This document shows positions 16,697 through 28,300 of a stretch of DNA of 64,000 bases, piece after piece (within the stretch, counting starts at the first letter, position 1; each line of letters opens with the position of its first letter). The notes under the pieces are model-generated. The model was not told the DNA's origin. It saw only the letters and a program-made list of their open reading frames with translations, and did not search any database. The position numbers were made by a program, and so were the translations under genes. The stretch comes from a virus. Its lineage: Duplodnaviria; Heunggongvirae; Uroviricota; Caudoviricetes. The stretch lies in IMG/VR virus record IMGVR_UViG_2595698869_000001, positions 43,214 through 107,213 of that record; one strand, given 5' to 3'.

Positions 16697-19600
16697 ATGG
16701 ACAGCGAAGCCCTCAAGCTTAAGATCGATTCCTCGCAAGCGCGTACCGACCTGGACGCGCTTGCGAAGTCCCTCGACCGCGCGTCCAAGGCCGCCGGCGC
16801 CATGCAGTCGAACCTCGCCAAGGGGGTCGACAAATCTAACGAGGCCCTGTCGCGCGGGGCCAAGAACATCGAGAAGTTCGCCCGCGTCACGGCGGAACTC
16901 TCGAAGGTCAAGCTGTCGGGCGATCCCGCCAAGCAGTTGACCGAATTCGCCAACGCCGTCTCGGCCGTGGCGCGCGCGCGCGAGATCAGCGCCGCCAAGC
17001 TCAATGGCCTGTCGAAGTTCGTCCAGGTCGGCGCGGCTATCTCCAAGCTGCGGTTCACCGGCGAGTCCTTCTCGGGTCTGCACGCCCTGACCCAGGCGAT
17101 GGACGAGGCCGGGCGCGCCCGCGCCGTCAGCGCCGCCAAGCTCAAGTCGTTCGTCGACTACATGGAAGTCGCCGCGCGCGCCTCGCGCCTGCGCTTCTCG
17201 TCCCAGACCTCCGAAGCCCTGAAGTCCCTGGCCAGCGCCATGGATGCGGTCGCGCGTTCGCGCGTGGTCAGCCCCCAGAAGCTGGCGGCCTTCAAGGAAC
17301 TCTTCGCCACCCTGGCCACCGCCAAGGGCGTGCCGAACGCCGGCGCGATCGCCCGCGACCTCGACACCATCGCCGGGGCCGCCTCGCGCGCCGCCAAGGC
17401 CATGGCGGAACTCAAGGGCGCGCGCTCGGGCATGGGCTCGATGCGCGCCTCGGGCGGGGCCGGCGGCGGCGGCGGGATCGCCTCGGGCGCCTCCTCGAAC
17501 GTCAAGCGCTTCAACGAGGAAGTCGCCAAGGTCAAGGGACACACCGACAACGCCTCCAAGGGCGTCGATGGGCTCGGCAAGGGCCTGGGCCTTCTGACCG
17601 GCCGCTTCAACCTCTCCTATCAGGCGGGCACGCTGTTCTCGGCGCTGTTCTCGTCCTTCACCTTCGGCCAACTGGTCAAGGGCATCTACGACACCACGGT
17701 CTCGTTCCAGAAGCTGAACAAGGCCATGCTGTTCGTCACCGGCACCTATGCCGGCGCGCACAAGGCGACGCAGGACTTCATCGACATCTCGGTGCAACTG
17801 GGCGCGTCCGTCGAGGACAACGCCGACGCCTACTCGCGCTTCGCCATCTCGTCGGCCGCCGCCGGACTGAAGCTGGCTGACGTCAACAAAATCTACAAGT
17901 CCACCCAACTTGCCCTGACCGCCGTCGGCGCCAACAGCGAGCAGGTCGGCTACGCCTTCTACGGCCTGTCGCAGGCCATGGCGAAGGGCAAGATTTCGTC
18001 CGAAGAGTTCAACCGCCAGATCGGCGAGCAAATCCCCGGCAACGCCCAGGCGGGGGCGCGCGCCCTGTCCAAGCTGACCGGGCAGCAGAAGTCGGTCGCC
18101 GACCTCTTCGACGAGATGCGCAAGGGCACGCTCCAGTCGGCGCCGTTCCTCAAGGCCTGGGCCGACGAGATCAACCGCATGTTCGCCCCGCTGCTGCCGG
18201 AGGCCGAAAAGCGCCCTGACTTCCAACTGAACAAGCTCAAGACCGCCTTCTCCCTGTGGAAGAAGGAAGTCGGCCAGTCGCAGTTCATCGGCGCTCTGAC
18301 CACCCAGTTCAAGAAGCTCTCGGACATGCTGATCGTGGTCGAGGGCGACCACTATGTCCTGACGGAGCGCGGACGCAAGCTCGCCGACTCGTTTGGCAAG
18401 GGACTGGCCCAGGCCGTCAACATTCTCGGCAACGCCCTGGCGTGGCTGGCGGACAACCTCGACAAGGTCGTCGCCGTGATCAAGGTGATCGGAGCCCTGG
18501 CGATCGGCAACGAGTTCGCCAAGTGGGGCCGGCAGGTCGCGGCCTTCGCCGACAACATGCTGGGCGTCAAGCGGGCGATCGAGGAAGTCTCGGTCGCCGA
18601 GACCACCGCCTCGGGTAAGCGCGCGGTGACCTCCAAGGCCGGGGCGGTCAACGCCGTCTCGACCGTGGCGTCCGATCGCATGGCGATGGCGACCAACCGC
18701 ACCCGTAACGCGGTGATGGGCGGCACCTTCGTCGCCAATGCGGTGGCTCCTGCCGTGCGTCAGTCGCCGCAGTTCTCGCAACTCTCCTACCTGACCGGCA
18801 ACCCGACCTCGCCCACGCGGGGCGCGCCGACGTTCGGCCGCCGCCAGCCCTATACCGGCACCATGACCTTCGACGCGCGCCCGGCGGGCCGGGCCGGTGG
18901 CATGGGCGGCCTGTTCGCCGCCATGGGTTCGGGCGCGGCGACCGCCGCCACCGGAGCCTTCACGGGCCTGCGCAAGGCGCTCAACGTCCTGCCCGGCGTC
19001 GCCCTCGGCGCGGCGGTCGCCCTGGCGATCTTCGGCAACAGCATCACCAAGCTGAACGACAAGGCCGTCTCGTACAACAACATCGCCGCCGGAGCCCTGG
19101 GCACGGCGGGCGACGAGATCGGCAACGGCATGACCGGGCTGATCAACGGCATCCGGGGTCTTTTCGGCGCCCAGCAGAAGGCCCAGGGCACCGGCGATTG
19201 GCTGGTGGACCTCTCTGCCACGCTGATCGTCTTCGGCAAGGCCATCTTCACCCTGGCGACCACGCTCGGTAAAATCCTCGGCACGCTGATGGCCAATGTC
19301 ATCATCCCGTGGATCGAACTGGGCCAAAAGGTCGCTTCGGGCGACCTGAAGGGCGCGGCGGGCAAGGCCGGCGAGGTCCTGATGGGGCAGATCGGCAAGG
19401 GCAATCGCGAGCGCTGGGCCGAACTGGGTAAGGAACTGGGCAAGGACTGGGGCAAGGCCCTGGACTACGCGGGCACGCGCCAGTCGATCGTCAACGGCGC
19501 CCTGAAGTCGGCGGCCGGCGACAGCGCCGCCCAGCAGGGGGCCAACGCCGCCGAGAAGATGACCGAGGCGGCTCTGGCGCAGATGAAGGCCGCCGACCAG

Positions 19601-22570
19601 CAGGCCCTCGCCGCCGCCGACTTGAAGGACGCCACGGCGAACTTCAAGAAGGACCTGGAGCCGCTCAACTTCAACGACCTCTTCAAGCGCGCCGCCGCCC
19701 TGGCCGACGGCAGCTTCGCGCGCACCGCCGCCGCGTCCAAGCCGGGTGGCATGATGGCGCCGCCGGCCGTGGCGACGCAACAGACCGCCGCCGCCGTCAA
19801 GGCGACCATCGCCTCGATGGGCGATCGCGTGTACGCGACGGCCGGGCAGCATCTCGGTCAGACCGAGGCCAAGGACGCCGCGTCCCTGCAAGCCTACTTC
19901 AAGGCCAACGGCGTCACCATCGATCCCAAGAAGCTCTCCTGGTGCGCGGCCTTCGTCAACGCCGTCCTGGCCCAGAACGGGCTCTCGGGCTCGGGCTCGC
20001 TGGCGGCCTCGTCCTTCAAGGACTATGGCGACGAGGTCTCGCGCACCGACGCCCGCAAGGGCGACATCGTCGTCCTCAAGCCCCAGGCGGCGGGCGCGAC
20101 CGGTCACGTCGGCTTCCTCGACGGCTTCGACCGCCACGGCAATGTGCGGGTGCTGGGCGGCAACCAGGGCGCGGCCGGCGGCGGCGGCGTCAACGTCTCG
20201 ACCTTCGCCTCCAATCAGGTCGTCTCCTTCCGCCGCACGGGCAGCGGCGGGGCCTCCAACTTCCTGGGCGGCGGCATCACCGAGGCCCAGGGCGAAGAAG
20301 GCGGCTCGCGCTACGAGCGCCGGATGAACGCCTTCAAGGCGCTCGGGACGATCACCGGCCAAGCCTCGCCGGCCGCCGACGCCCTGGCCGACTACCAAGG
20401 CAACCTCGAAAAGCTGCGCGACATCATCGTCTCGGAAGAGAAGCTGCTGAAGGACGTCGGGGCCGACGGCCAGTCGTTCTTCAACAAGACGAACCTGGAA
20501 GCCCTGGTCGCCGCTCAGAAGAAGTGGAACCGCTCGATCGTCGAGGCGCTCAACCCGATCGCCAAGGAAGCCCGGACCCTGTCTGAGGCCAACGACGTCC
20601 TGCAATTGCGCGCCAAGGGCCTGTCGCAGGAAGCCGACTGGCAAGAGCGTCTGACCGAACTGCGCAACTCCGGCATCAATGTCGACCTGATGCAGGATGA
20701 GGCCAAGTGGACCCAGTACCTGAACGAGTTGAAGAAGCAGGGCCTGGAGATCGACGTCAAGGCCCTGCAACTGAAGCCGGACGAACTGCGCTACCAGCAG
20801 GGTCGCGCCGAGGCGCTCCAGGCTGAACTCGACCTGACCAAGGCGCTGAACGACGCCAAGCTGGCGGGCATCGCCCGCACCGGCTCCAGCTACGACCGCA
20901 CCCTGTCGGGCCTCGTCGCTGGCAAGGGCCGCGACGGCGAGACGCTCGACCAGACCCGCCAGCGTCTGGCGGGTTCGGTTGGCAGCGACGGCCGCAACGC
21001 GCTGGAGGCCCTGCAAGAGCAGGCCGGCGTGATGGAAGGCTCGCGCATGGCCGACGTCAAGGCCAGCATGCAGTCGCAGCTTGAGATCATGCGCGAGAGC
21101 GCGCGCCTCAACAACACCCAGCGCGGCATCTACGACGACTACCGCAACATCCTGGGCGAACTGCTGAACAAGCAGGGCGCCTCGCTGAAGGAACTGCTGG
21201 ACTCGGCCGACGAGGAGACCAAGCGTCTCGCCCAGTCGTTCGTCCGCGCCAAGGCGGACTTCGAAAACCCGCCCGGCTTCCAGAAGTGGGCCGACTCCCT
21301 GGAGCCGCTGAACAAGCGCCTCCAGGACATCAAGGCCAACTTCCTCGACAACTTCTCCGGCGGCATCACCGATGCGCTGCTGGGCGAGAAGGTCGACTGG
21401 AAGGCGATGCTGCACGACACCTTCAAACAGATGCTGCGCGCCCAGGTCGATGAGGGTCTGAAGAGCCTCACCTACAAGCTGCTCGGCCAAGGAGGCGACC
21501 AGGGCGCGGCCCAAACCCCCGAAGCCCAGGCGCTGGTCTCGGCGGCCGATGTCCAATTGCAGGCCGGCAACAGCCTGCAACAAGCCGCCGCCAGCCTGAT
21601 GCAGGCGGCTCAGACCACCGCGACCGCCGGCGCGGGCGGCGGCCTGGGCGTGATGACGGGCGGACCCGCGATGGGCGGCCTCGGCGGTCTCCTGGGTGGT
21701 GGCGGCGGCCTCGGCGCGCTGGCCGGCGTCCTGGGCGGCGGCGACGGCACGGCGACCAACCCGTTCTCGATCGCCGACACCATCCTCAAGCCCCTGGTCG
21801 TCGACCAGACCGGCGGACCGGGTTTCCAGGCGGCGGGCGCGGCGCTCCAGGGCCTGAACATCACTCCGCCGGGCGGCGGCGGCTTCCTGTCGGGCCTGGG
21901 CTCGATGTTCCAAGGGGGCCTGGGCTCGATGCTGCAAGGCGCTCTGAGCTTCGCCGGCCCGCTGCTGGGCGGCCTGCTGACGGGGGGCAAGAAGAGCCCC
22001 AAGACGCCGGCGAGCTATCGCATGCCGGGCGGCGTCATCGGTCAGGCGAGCACCAACAGCGTCTCGGGTCGCGTGATCGGTCCCAAGCAGAACCTGATCG
22101 GCTCTCTAGCGAACCTGGGCTTCCAGTTGTTCGCGGGCGGCATGGGTGGCGGCGGCGGCCTGATGAGCATGTTCGGCATGGGCGGCGCTGGCGGCGCGGG
22201 AAGCTTCATCGGCTTCAAGGAAGGCGGCCTGACGGGCGCGCCAGTCAACCGTTACACCGTCTCCTCGCTGGGCTCGATGTTCGCCAACGCTCCGCACTAT
22301 GCCGAGGGCACCAGCAACACCAAGCTGGCCAACGGCGGCATGCCGGCGATCGTCCACCCGGACGAGGCGGTGATCCCGCTGTCGCGTGGCCGCAACGTCC
22401 CGGTGGAACTGAAGGGCGCCGGCGGCGGAAGCTCGACCACCGTGGTCTCGCCGATCACCGTCTACGCCAACGACGTCGATAGCTTCCGCCCGGCCCAGGC
22501 GCAGATCGCCCGCAAGCAGAACCGCACCCTGCGCCGCGCGGCCCTGCGCAACGCCTCGATGGTCAACTAG
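16697..22570 (+). CDS. Tape measure protein with internal CHAP/NlpC-like peptidoglycan hydrolase domain
   Basis: 1957 aa, Ala/Gly-rich helical; tape-measure motif SQAMAKGKISSEEFNRQIGE; WCAAFVN...GHVGF...VLGGNQG; C-terminal HPDEAVIPL. Confidence 0.93.
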   Translation: MDSEALKLKIDSSQARTDLDALAKSLDRASKAAGAMQSNLAKGVDKSNEALSRGAKNIEKFARVTAELSKVKLSGDPAKQLTEFANAVSAVARAREISAAKLNGLSKFVQVGAAISKLRFTGESFSGLHALTQAMDEAGRARAVSAAKLKSFVDYMEVAARASRLRFSSQTSEALKSLASAMDAVARSRVVSPQKLAAFKELFATLATAKGVPNAGAIARDLDTIAGAASRAAKAMAELKGARSGMGSMRASGGAGGGGGIASGASSNVKRFNEEVAKVKGHTDNASKGVDGLGKGLGLLTGRFNLSYQAGTLFSALFSSFTFGQLVKGIYDTTVSFQKLNKAMLFVTGTYAGAHKATQDFIDISVQLGASVEDNADAYSRFAISSAAAGLKLADVNKIYKSTQLALTAVGANSEQVGYAFYGLSQAMAKGKISSEEFNRQIGEQIPGNAQAGARALSKLTGQQKSVADLFDEMRKGTLQSAPFLKAWADEINRMFAPLLPEAEKRPDFQLNKLKTAFSLWKKEVGQSQFIGALTTQFKKLSDMLIVVEGDHYVLTERGRKLADSFGKGLAQAVNILGNALAWLADNLDKVVAVIKVIGALAIGNEFAKWGRQVAAFADNMLGVKRAIEEVSVAETTASGKRAVTSKAGAVNAVSTVASDRMAMATNRTRNAVMGGTFVANAVAPAVRQSPQFSQLSYLTGNPTSPTRGAPTFGRRQPYTGTMTFDARPAGRAGGMGGLFAAMGSGAATAATGAFTGLRKALNVLPGVALGAAVALAIFGNSITKLNDKAVSYNNIAAGALGTAGDEIGNGMTGLINGIRGLFGAQQKAQGTGDWLVDLSATLIVFGKAIFTLATTLGKILGTLMANVIIPWIELGQKVASGDLKGAAGKAGEVLMGQIGKGNRERWAELGKELGKDWGKALDYAGTRQSIVNGALKSAAGDSAAQQGANAAEKMTEAALAQMKAADQQALAAADLKDATANFKKDLEPLNFNDLFKRAAALADGSFARTAAASKPGGMMAPPAVATQQTAAAVKATIASMGDRVYATAGQHLGQTEAKDAASLQAYFKANGVTIDPKKLSWCAAFVNAVLAQNGLSGSGSLAASSFKDYGDEVSRTDARKGDIVVLKPQAAGATGHVGFLDGFDRHGNVRVLGGNQGAAGGGGVNVSTFASNQVVSFRRTGSGGASNFLGGGITEAQGEEGGSRYERRMNAFKALGTITGQASPAADALADYQGNLEKLRDIIVSEEKLLKDVGADGQSFFNKTNLEALVAAQKKWNRSIVEALNPIAKEARTLSEANDVLQLRAKGLSQEADWQERLTELRNSGINVDLMQDEAKWTQYLNELKKQGLEIDVKALQLKPDELRYQQGRAEALQAELDLTKALNDAKLAGIARTGSSYDRTLSGLVAGKGRDGETLDQTRQRLAGSVGSDGRNALEALQEQAGVMEGSRMADVKASMQSQLEIMRESARLNNTQRGIYDDYRNILGELLNKQGASLKELLDSADEETKRLAQSFVRAKADFENPPGFQKWADSLEPLNKRLQDIKANFLDNFSGGITDALLGEKVDWKAMLHDTFKQMLRAQVDEGLKSLTYKLLGQGGDQGAAQTPEAQALVSAADVQLQAGNSLQQAAASLMQAAQTTATAGAGGGLGVMTGGPAMGGLGGLLGGGGGLGALAGVLGGGDGTATNPFSIADTILKPLVVDQTGGPGFQAAGAALQGLNITPPGGGGFLSGLGSMFQGGLGSMLQGALSFAGPLLGGLLTGGKKSPKTPASYRMPGGVIGQASTNSVSGRVIGPKQNLIGSLANLGFQLFAGGMGGGGGLMSMFGMGGAGGAGSFIGFKEGGLTGAPVNRYTVSSLGSMFANAPHYAEGTSNTKLANGGMPAIVHPDEAVIPLSRGRNVPVELKGAGGGSSTTVVSPITVYANDVDSFRPAQAQIARKQNRTLRRAALRNASMVN

Positions 22571-22653
22571 CTGTCACCCACGACAGTCGTGAATCTTGAC
22601 GTTCCTGGATGATCGTGGCATCCAGGGACACCTCCTTTCATGGTTAATGCCCG

Positions 22654-23304
22654 ATGCCGAGCTTCCACGACGTCCTGTTCCCCGAGACTATCAGCTACGG
22701 CTCGTCAGGCGGGCCGAAGTTCAAGACCACGATCTTCCAGGCCGACAGCGGCTTTGAGCAGCGCAACAAGGACTGGAGCGACATCCGCTGCGAGTACGAT
22801 GTCGCCCAGTCGATCCGCTCGACCGAGGACATGGACGAGCTTCGCGCCTTCTTCATGGCCCGCAACGGTCGCGCCCATGGCTTCCGCTACAAGGACTGGG
22901 GCGACTTCCGCCTCAAGAACCAGTTGATCGGCGTCGGCGACGGCCTCACCAAGGTCTTCCAGATCGTCAAGACCTATACCAGCGTCGCCCACGACGGCAC
23001 CGAGTACACCTACACCCGCACGATCCGCAAGCCCAAGTGGGACTCGATCGCCGGCGTCAAGGTCGGCGCCGTGGTTCAGGTCGCCCCGACCAACTACGAG
23101 GTCGACTATTCGACCGGCCTGATGACCTTCGTCACCGCGCCGCCGGCCGACGCCCCGGTCACCATTGGCCTGGGCGAGTTCCACGTCCCCGTCCGCTTCG
23201 ACACCGACTTCATGGACGTCACCCAGGAGTTCTGGATGCGCGAGACGTGGCCCAACATCCCGATCGTCGAAATCCGTGACTGGCAAGAGGCCCTGACGCC
23301 GTGA
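22654..23304 (+). CDS. Distal tail protein (DUF2460-like)
   Basis: FHDVLFP..ISYGSSGGP.F.T, FFMARNGRAHGFRYKDWGD, VPVRFDTD. Confidence 0.88.
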   Translation: MPSFHDVLFPETISYGSSGGPKFKTTIFQADSGFEQRNKDWSDIRCEYDVAQSIRSTEDMDELRAFFMARNGRAHGFRYKDWGDFRLKNQLIGVGDGLTKVFQIVKTYTSVAHDGTEYTYTRTIRKPKWDSIAGVKVGAVVQVAPTNYEVDYSTGLMTFVTAPPADAPVTIGLGEFHVPVRFDTDFMDVTQEFWMRETWPNIPIVEIRDWQEALTP

Positions 23305-24926
23305 AATCCGTCCCCGAAGACCTGATGGCGCACCTCCAGGAGGAGGTGACCACGCTCGCGACGTGCATCACGATCGTGCGCCAGGACGGCAAGGCGTTCT
23401 TCATGACCGACCACGATCGGCCGATCAAGTTCGAGAACCAGACCTACGTCCCCTACGACTCCTACCAGCGCACGTCGATCCTGATGTCGTCGGAACTGGA
23501 AGTCGACACCGCCGACATCACCGCCTTCCTGACCTCGAACGGGGTGACGCGCGACGACGTGGCCTCGGGCCTGTTCGACTATGCCGCGATCAAGGTCCAG
23601 TTGCTGAACTACGAGCGGCCCGAGGACGGGGCGATCCTGCTCCGCAAGGGCACGTTCGGCGAAGTGACCATGAACCAGGACGAGACCTTCTCGGCCGAAA
23701 TCCGGGGCATGACCCAGGTCCTGACCTACCGGGTCGGGGAGACCTACGCGCCCGAGTGCCGGGCCGACCTCGGCGACCGCCGCTGCAAGATCGGACTGAT
23801 GCCGGAGGAATGGCAGGCCAACAAATACTACGGCCTCGACGCCTGCGTGCTGGGCGAACTCGTCGCCCCTACGTCGTTCGTCAATCCCGTGGTCGTCAAC
23901 GGCAACTTCGAGGACGGCGCCCTCAACGCCGTCGTCACCGCGCCGACGGGCTGGGTGGCCTATGGCGATCCGACCAGCCGCTGGGTCTACAAGCACGACT
24001 GGTACAATCTGTCTCGCCCGCAGGTCGGCAATCAGTTCATCGCCGCCACCCGCACCTCGATCTCCGACAAGCAGGAAATCGCCGGCATCTACCAGGACAT
24101 CAACCTCGTCTCCGCCGGCGTGCCCGCCGCCGCGATCGACGGCGGCCTCTGCCGCGTGCGCTACAAGTCCTTCGCCGCCTGCCTCAACAACCGCGCCCAA
24201 TCGCGCGAGCGCCTGACCTGCATCAAGGCCGACGGCTCGGTGGAGACGATCTGGGACACCGGTGAGATCAAGTACCCCGAGGACCGCTGGATCGCGGTCA
24301 ACGCCGACGACGTCCTGATCCCGGCCGGCACGCGCGTCCTGCGCATCGACCTGTGGTCCAAGAAGCGCAGCGTCCACGAGGAGGGCGCGGCCTATGACGG
24401 GATCAGCCTGTCGATCAACCTGCCGGCGGGCACGGCCGGCAACGCCAACGTCTATGGCGGGGTGATGTTCAAGTGCATCCAGGCGGGGATCAGCGGCGGC
24501 ACCGAGCCGGCCTGGACCAACGAACTGGGGGCCACCTATACCGACGGCACGGTCATCTGGCAGTGCGTGTCCAACTACAAGAAGGTGGGCACGGTCGCCA
24601 CGGTCGCCTCCAACAAGTCGTTCACCTCGACCGACATCACCGAGCCGGCCGGTCACTATGACGGCGGCGTGCTCTACTGGGAAACCGGCCGCAACGCCGG
24701 ACGCGCCCAGGAGATCAAGACCTGGGCCGCCAACCTCTTCACGCTCTTCCAGCGCACCTACTATCCGATCACGGCGGGCGACCGCTTCGTGGTCTATCCC
24801 GGCTGCGACAAGCGCCGCGCCACCTGCGCCGACAAGTTCCACAACATCCACAACTTCCGCGCCGAGCCCGACGTGCCCGGTCAGGACATCTACTACCGCA
24901 CGCCCAACGCTCCGGAGCAGGAATGA
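23301..24926 (+). CDS. Baseplate hub protein (DUF2163-like) with inserted domain
   Basis: TTLATC..I.RQDG...TDHD, C.A.LGD.RC, GCDK...C..KF.N..NFRAEP.VPG; long central insertion. Confidence 0.85.
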   Translation: MKSVPEDLMAHLQEEVTTLATCITIVRQDGKAFFMTDHDRPIKFENQTYVPYDSYQRTSILMSSELEVDTADITAFLTSNGVTRDDVASGLFDYAAIKVQLLNYERPEDGAILLRKGTFGEVTMNQDETFSAEIRGMTQVLTYRVGETYAPECRADLGDRRCKIGLMPEEWQANKYYGLDACVLGELVAPTSFVNPVVVNGNFEDGALNAVVTAPTGWVAYGDPTSRWVYKHDWYNLSRPQVGNQFIAATRTSISDKQEIAGIYQDINLVSAGVPAAAIDGGLCRVRYKSFAACLNNRAQSRERLTCIKADGSVETIWDTGEIKYPEDRWIAVNADDVLIPAGTRVLRIDLWSKKRSVHEEGAAYDGISLSINLPAGTAGNANVYGGVMFKCIQAGISGGTEPAWTNELGATYTDGTVIWQCVSNYKKVGTVATVASNKSFTSTDITEPAGHYDGGVLYWETGRNAGRAQEIKTWAANLFTLFQRTYYPITAGDRFVVYPGCDKRRATCADKFHNIHNFRAEPDVPGQDIYYRTPNAPEQE

Positions 24927-25348
24927 CCCGCGACGACATCGTGACCGAAGCGCGCCGCTATGTCGCGCTCCAAACCCCCTGGCGTCATCGAGGCCGCACC
25001 GAACGCGGCCTCGACTGCATCGGGCTGGCCGTCATGATCTTCGAGAAATTCAACCTGGAATACATGGACCAGGACGGTTACGCGCGCACGCCCGACGGCG
25101 AGAAGTTCGTCGAGGTGATCCGCCAGCACATGACCCTGGCCGATCCGACGGCGCTCAAGCCGGGCATGCTGCTGCTGTTCAACGACGACGCCCGGCCCTG
25201 CCATGTCGGCATCCTGGCGCGCCAGCACGGACGCCTGACCCTGATCCACGCGACCGCCGACAAGAAGCGGACGGTCGAGGAAGTCTATGACCGCCGCTAT
25301 GCCGCCCGGTTCCGCATGGCCTTCGATTTCCCCGGCGTTGAGGACTAA
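24923..25348 (+). CDS. NlpC/P60 tail peptidase
   Basis: W.H.GR...GLDC.GL and HVGI...LIHA motifs. Confidence 0.9.
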   Translation: MTRDDIVTEARRYVALQTPWRHRGRTERGLDCIGLAVMIFEKFNLEYMDQDGYARTPDGEKFVEVIRQHMTLADPTALKPGMLLLFNDDARPCHVGILARQHGRLTLIHATADKKRTVEEVYDRRYAARFRMAFDFPGVED

Positions 25349-25350
25349 TC

Positions 25351-28300
25351 ATGGCCGCCGCCATTGCCCTTCCGATCGTCTCCGCCATTGTCAGCACGGC
25401 GATCAGCTACGCCTTCCCGAGTGACGGCCCGCGCCTGCGCGACACTAAGGTCTCGGCCTCGACCTATGGCAACGTGATCCCGGAAATCTACGGGACCGCG
25501 CGTGTCGGCGGCAACATGATCTGGTCCAAGCCGTTCACCGAGAAGAAGAAAAAGAAGCGGGCCGGCAAGGGCGGCTCCTACTACAACGAGTACACCTACT
25601 ACTGCGACTTCGCCATGGCCTTCTGCCGGGGACCGGTCAAGGAAGTGCGCCGCATCTGGGCCGACGGCAAGGTGATCTACGACACCACCGGCGGCTCGGA
25701 GGTGATCGACAACAACAAGTACCGCTTCCGCTTCTATCCCGGCGACGAGGCGCAGCTTCCCGACAGCCTCATCGTCGAGGACAAGGGCGCCGACTACGCG
25801 CCCGCCTATCGCGGGCTCTGCTATGTCGTGTTCGACGACTTCGCCCTGGCCGATTTCGGCAACCGCATCCCGCAGATCATGGCCGAAGTCTACGCCGGCG
25901 ACGAAGGCGGCGCGGCGATCACCGACATCGTCCCGCTGCCTAGTTCTCCGGTCACCGGCGGCTCCTACCAGCTTGGCCAGATGATGATCGACGCCGACCG
26001 GGGCTACTTCTACCTCGTCGATTCGGTGTCCAACCCGGCGGGCACCGTCCTGCGTCGCTTCCTGCTGGCGAACGGTAAGGAAGACCGTCGTGAGATCGTC
26101 TCGATCCCGCAGGCCCAGTTCCCGCCCTCGGTCTATGACAGCCCCGACCTGACCTCGGTCCGGGCGGTCACCTCCAAGGGCGAGCTTCTCTGCGTCTTCG
26201 GCGGCATCAACAACTACATGCGGATCGAGAAGCTCGATCCCTATTCCTGGCAGTCCCTGGGGACGATCGGCCGCAGCTATCCCTTCGAGGGTACTCCCGA
26301 AAACAGCCTGGAGCACTCCAACACCAACTTCGAGATTTCGCGGGACGAGAAGGGCAACTACCTCTGCCTGACGCTGGGGGTGTTTGGCGAATACAACATC
26401 TTCGACCCCTCCGACATGTCGTTCAAGGGCAAGGGGGAAATGGCCGGATGGGGCGGTCCGGCGACGCCGATGTACATCTGCGCCCGCCAAGGCGGCTCGG
26501 CGGCCTCCCGCCGCTTCTATCACGTCACCTATACGGGCGGGGCGTCCTTGCAGGTGTGCAGCCTGGGCGAGGTGCTCTACAATCACCCGCTCGACCATCC
26601 TGGCGATTCCCAGACCGCGACGTCCTGGGCTTTCTGGGACGAGGGCGATCCGGGCGTGGTCTTCTTCTATTCCGACGGCCCCAACCGCTACATCGCCAAG
26701 TGGTCCGAATCCACTGGCGTGCTGGCCTGGAAGACCCAGCTTCGCAACGGCGATCCGTTCTGCGGCTACGGAGTCTACGGCCTGCGCGCCCGGATCAAGG
26801 ATAACGAGTTCCACTGGGTCTATAACAAGCACCTGTTCTCGATCAACACCGCCACGGGGCAGTGGATCGACCGGACCTTCGACCAGGACTTCTACAAGAG
26901 CGACAACGACAAGACCGCCGAACAGGTCAACGACGGCGACAAGGGCCTGCTGCTGCCGCGCGACATCTCCGAGGACTATGTCATCTACGATCCGCGCCGC
27001 AACATCGTGATTTGCATCGGGGCGATTCAAGCCCAGAACGGTATCGTCCACGTCGGCGGCTATACGGGCGGCAAGACTTCGGTGGGGGCCATCGTCGAGC
27101 GTCTGCTGGTCTCCACGGGGCAGATGACCTCGAACGACTATGATCTGACGCCGCTCTATGACATCCCGGTCTACGGGTATGGCTACGCCTCTTCGACCGA
27201 TATCAAGTCGATCATCGCCGAACTGCGCAACCTCTTCATGTTCGATCTCGTCGAAAGCGACGGCCGGCTGGTCGCGCGCGTGCGCGGCGATCAGGACCCC
27301 GATGCCGAGGTGCCCTGGAAGCTCCTGGGCTCCCAGGGCGGCCCGACCCCGGACAAGGCCGACTACTGGAAAGAGACCCGGATGTCGGAGTCCGATCTTC
27401 CGGCCTCGATCGACCTGACCTATTCGAACATCGACGACGACTATAACCCGTCGACGGCCAAGTCCAAGCGGATCGCCTCGCCGGTGGCGACCATGCTGTC
27501 GCGCCAGCAGGTCAAGGCCGAGTGCAACCTCGTCATGGACGCGACCGAGGCCAAGAACCGCGTCAACATCATGCTCTACACCCAGTGGGAGGAGCGCACG
27601 CAGCACCAGACGGCCCTTCCCTGGCTCTACGCCAATCTCGACGCCTCGGACCTGATCTCGGTGACCATGGAGGACGGTCGCAACTACTTCGAGCGGATCG
27701 GCTCGATCGAGTTCGGCGCCGACTTCTCCTCGCGCCTGGAAACCTACGGTACCGACAGCGGCGCCTACCTTTCGGACAAGACCGGCGACGGCGGCGGCGC
27801 CGGACGGCCCACGGTCGTGCCGGCCCCCAAGCCGGTGGTGGGCTTCATCCTCAACACCCCGCTGCTGCGCGACACCCACGACAGCGGCGGCAACTTCTCC
27901 AACTGGTATAGCGCCATCGGCGCCGGCGCGCCGGGCGTGTTCCTCGGCGGCACGATGTTCAAGTCCGCCAATTCGCAGGACTACATCGATCTCTACCAGG
28001 AGCCGGAGAGCGCAGAGTGGGGCACGGTGATGGGTGTCGTGCCCTCGCCCTCGCATGGCTGGTTCGCGCTCGACTGGGAGACGCGCATCACCATCACGCC
28101 GGCGGTCGACTTCTTCGAACTGGAATCGATCACCGACGACGAGCTTTGGGAAGGCCTCAACCTCGTGGTGATCGGCGACGAGGTCCTCCAGTTCCGCGAC
28201 GCGGTCCAGAACGCCGACGGCACCTGGACGATCTGGAACCTGCTGCGCGGCCGGCGCGGGACGCAGTACGCCTGCGACAATCACAAGGCCGGCGAGCGGT

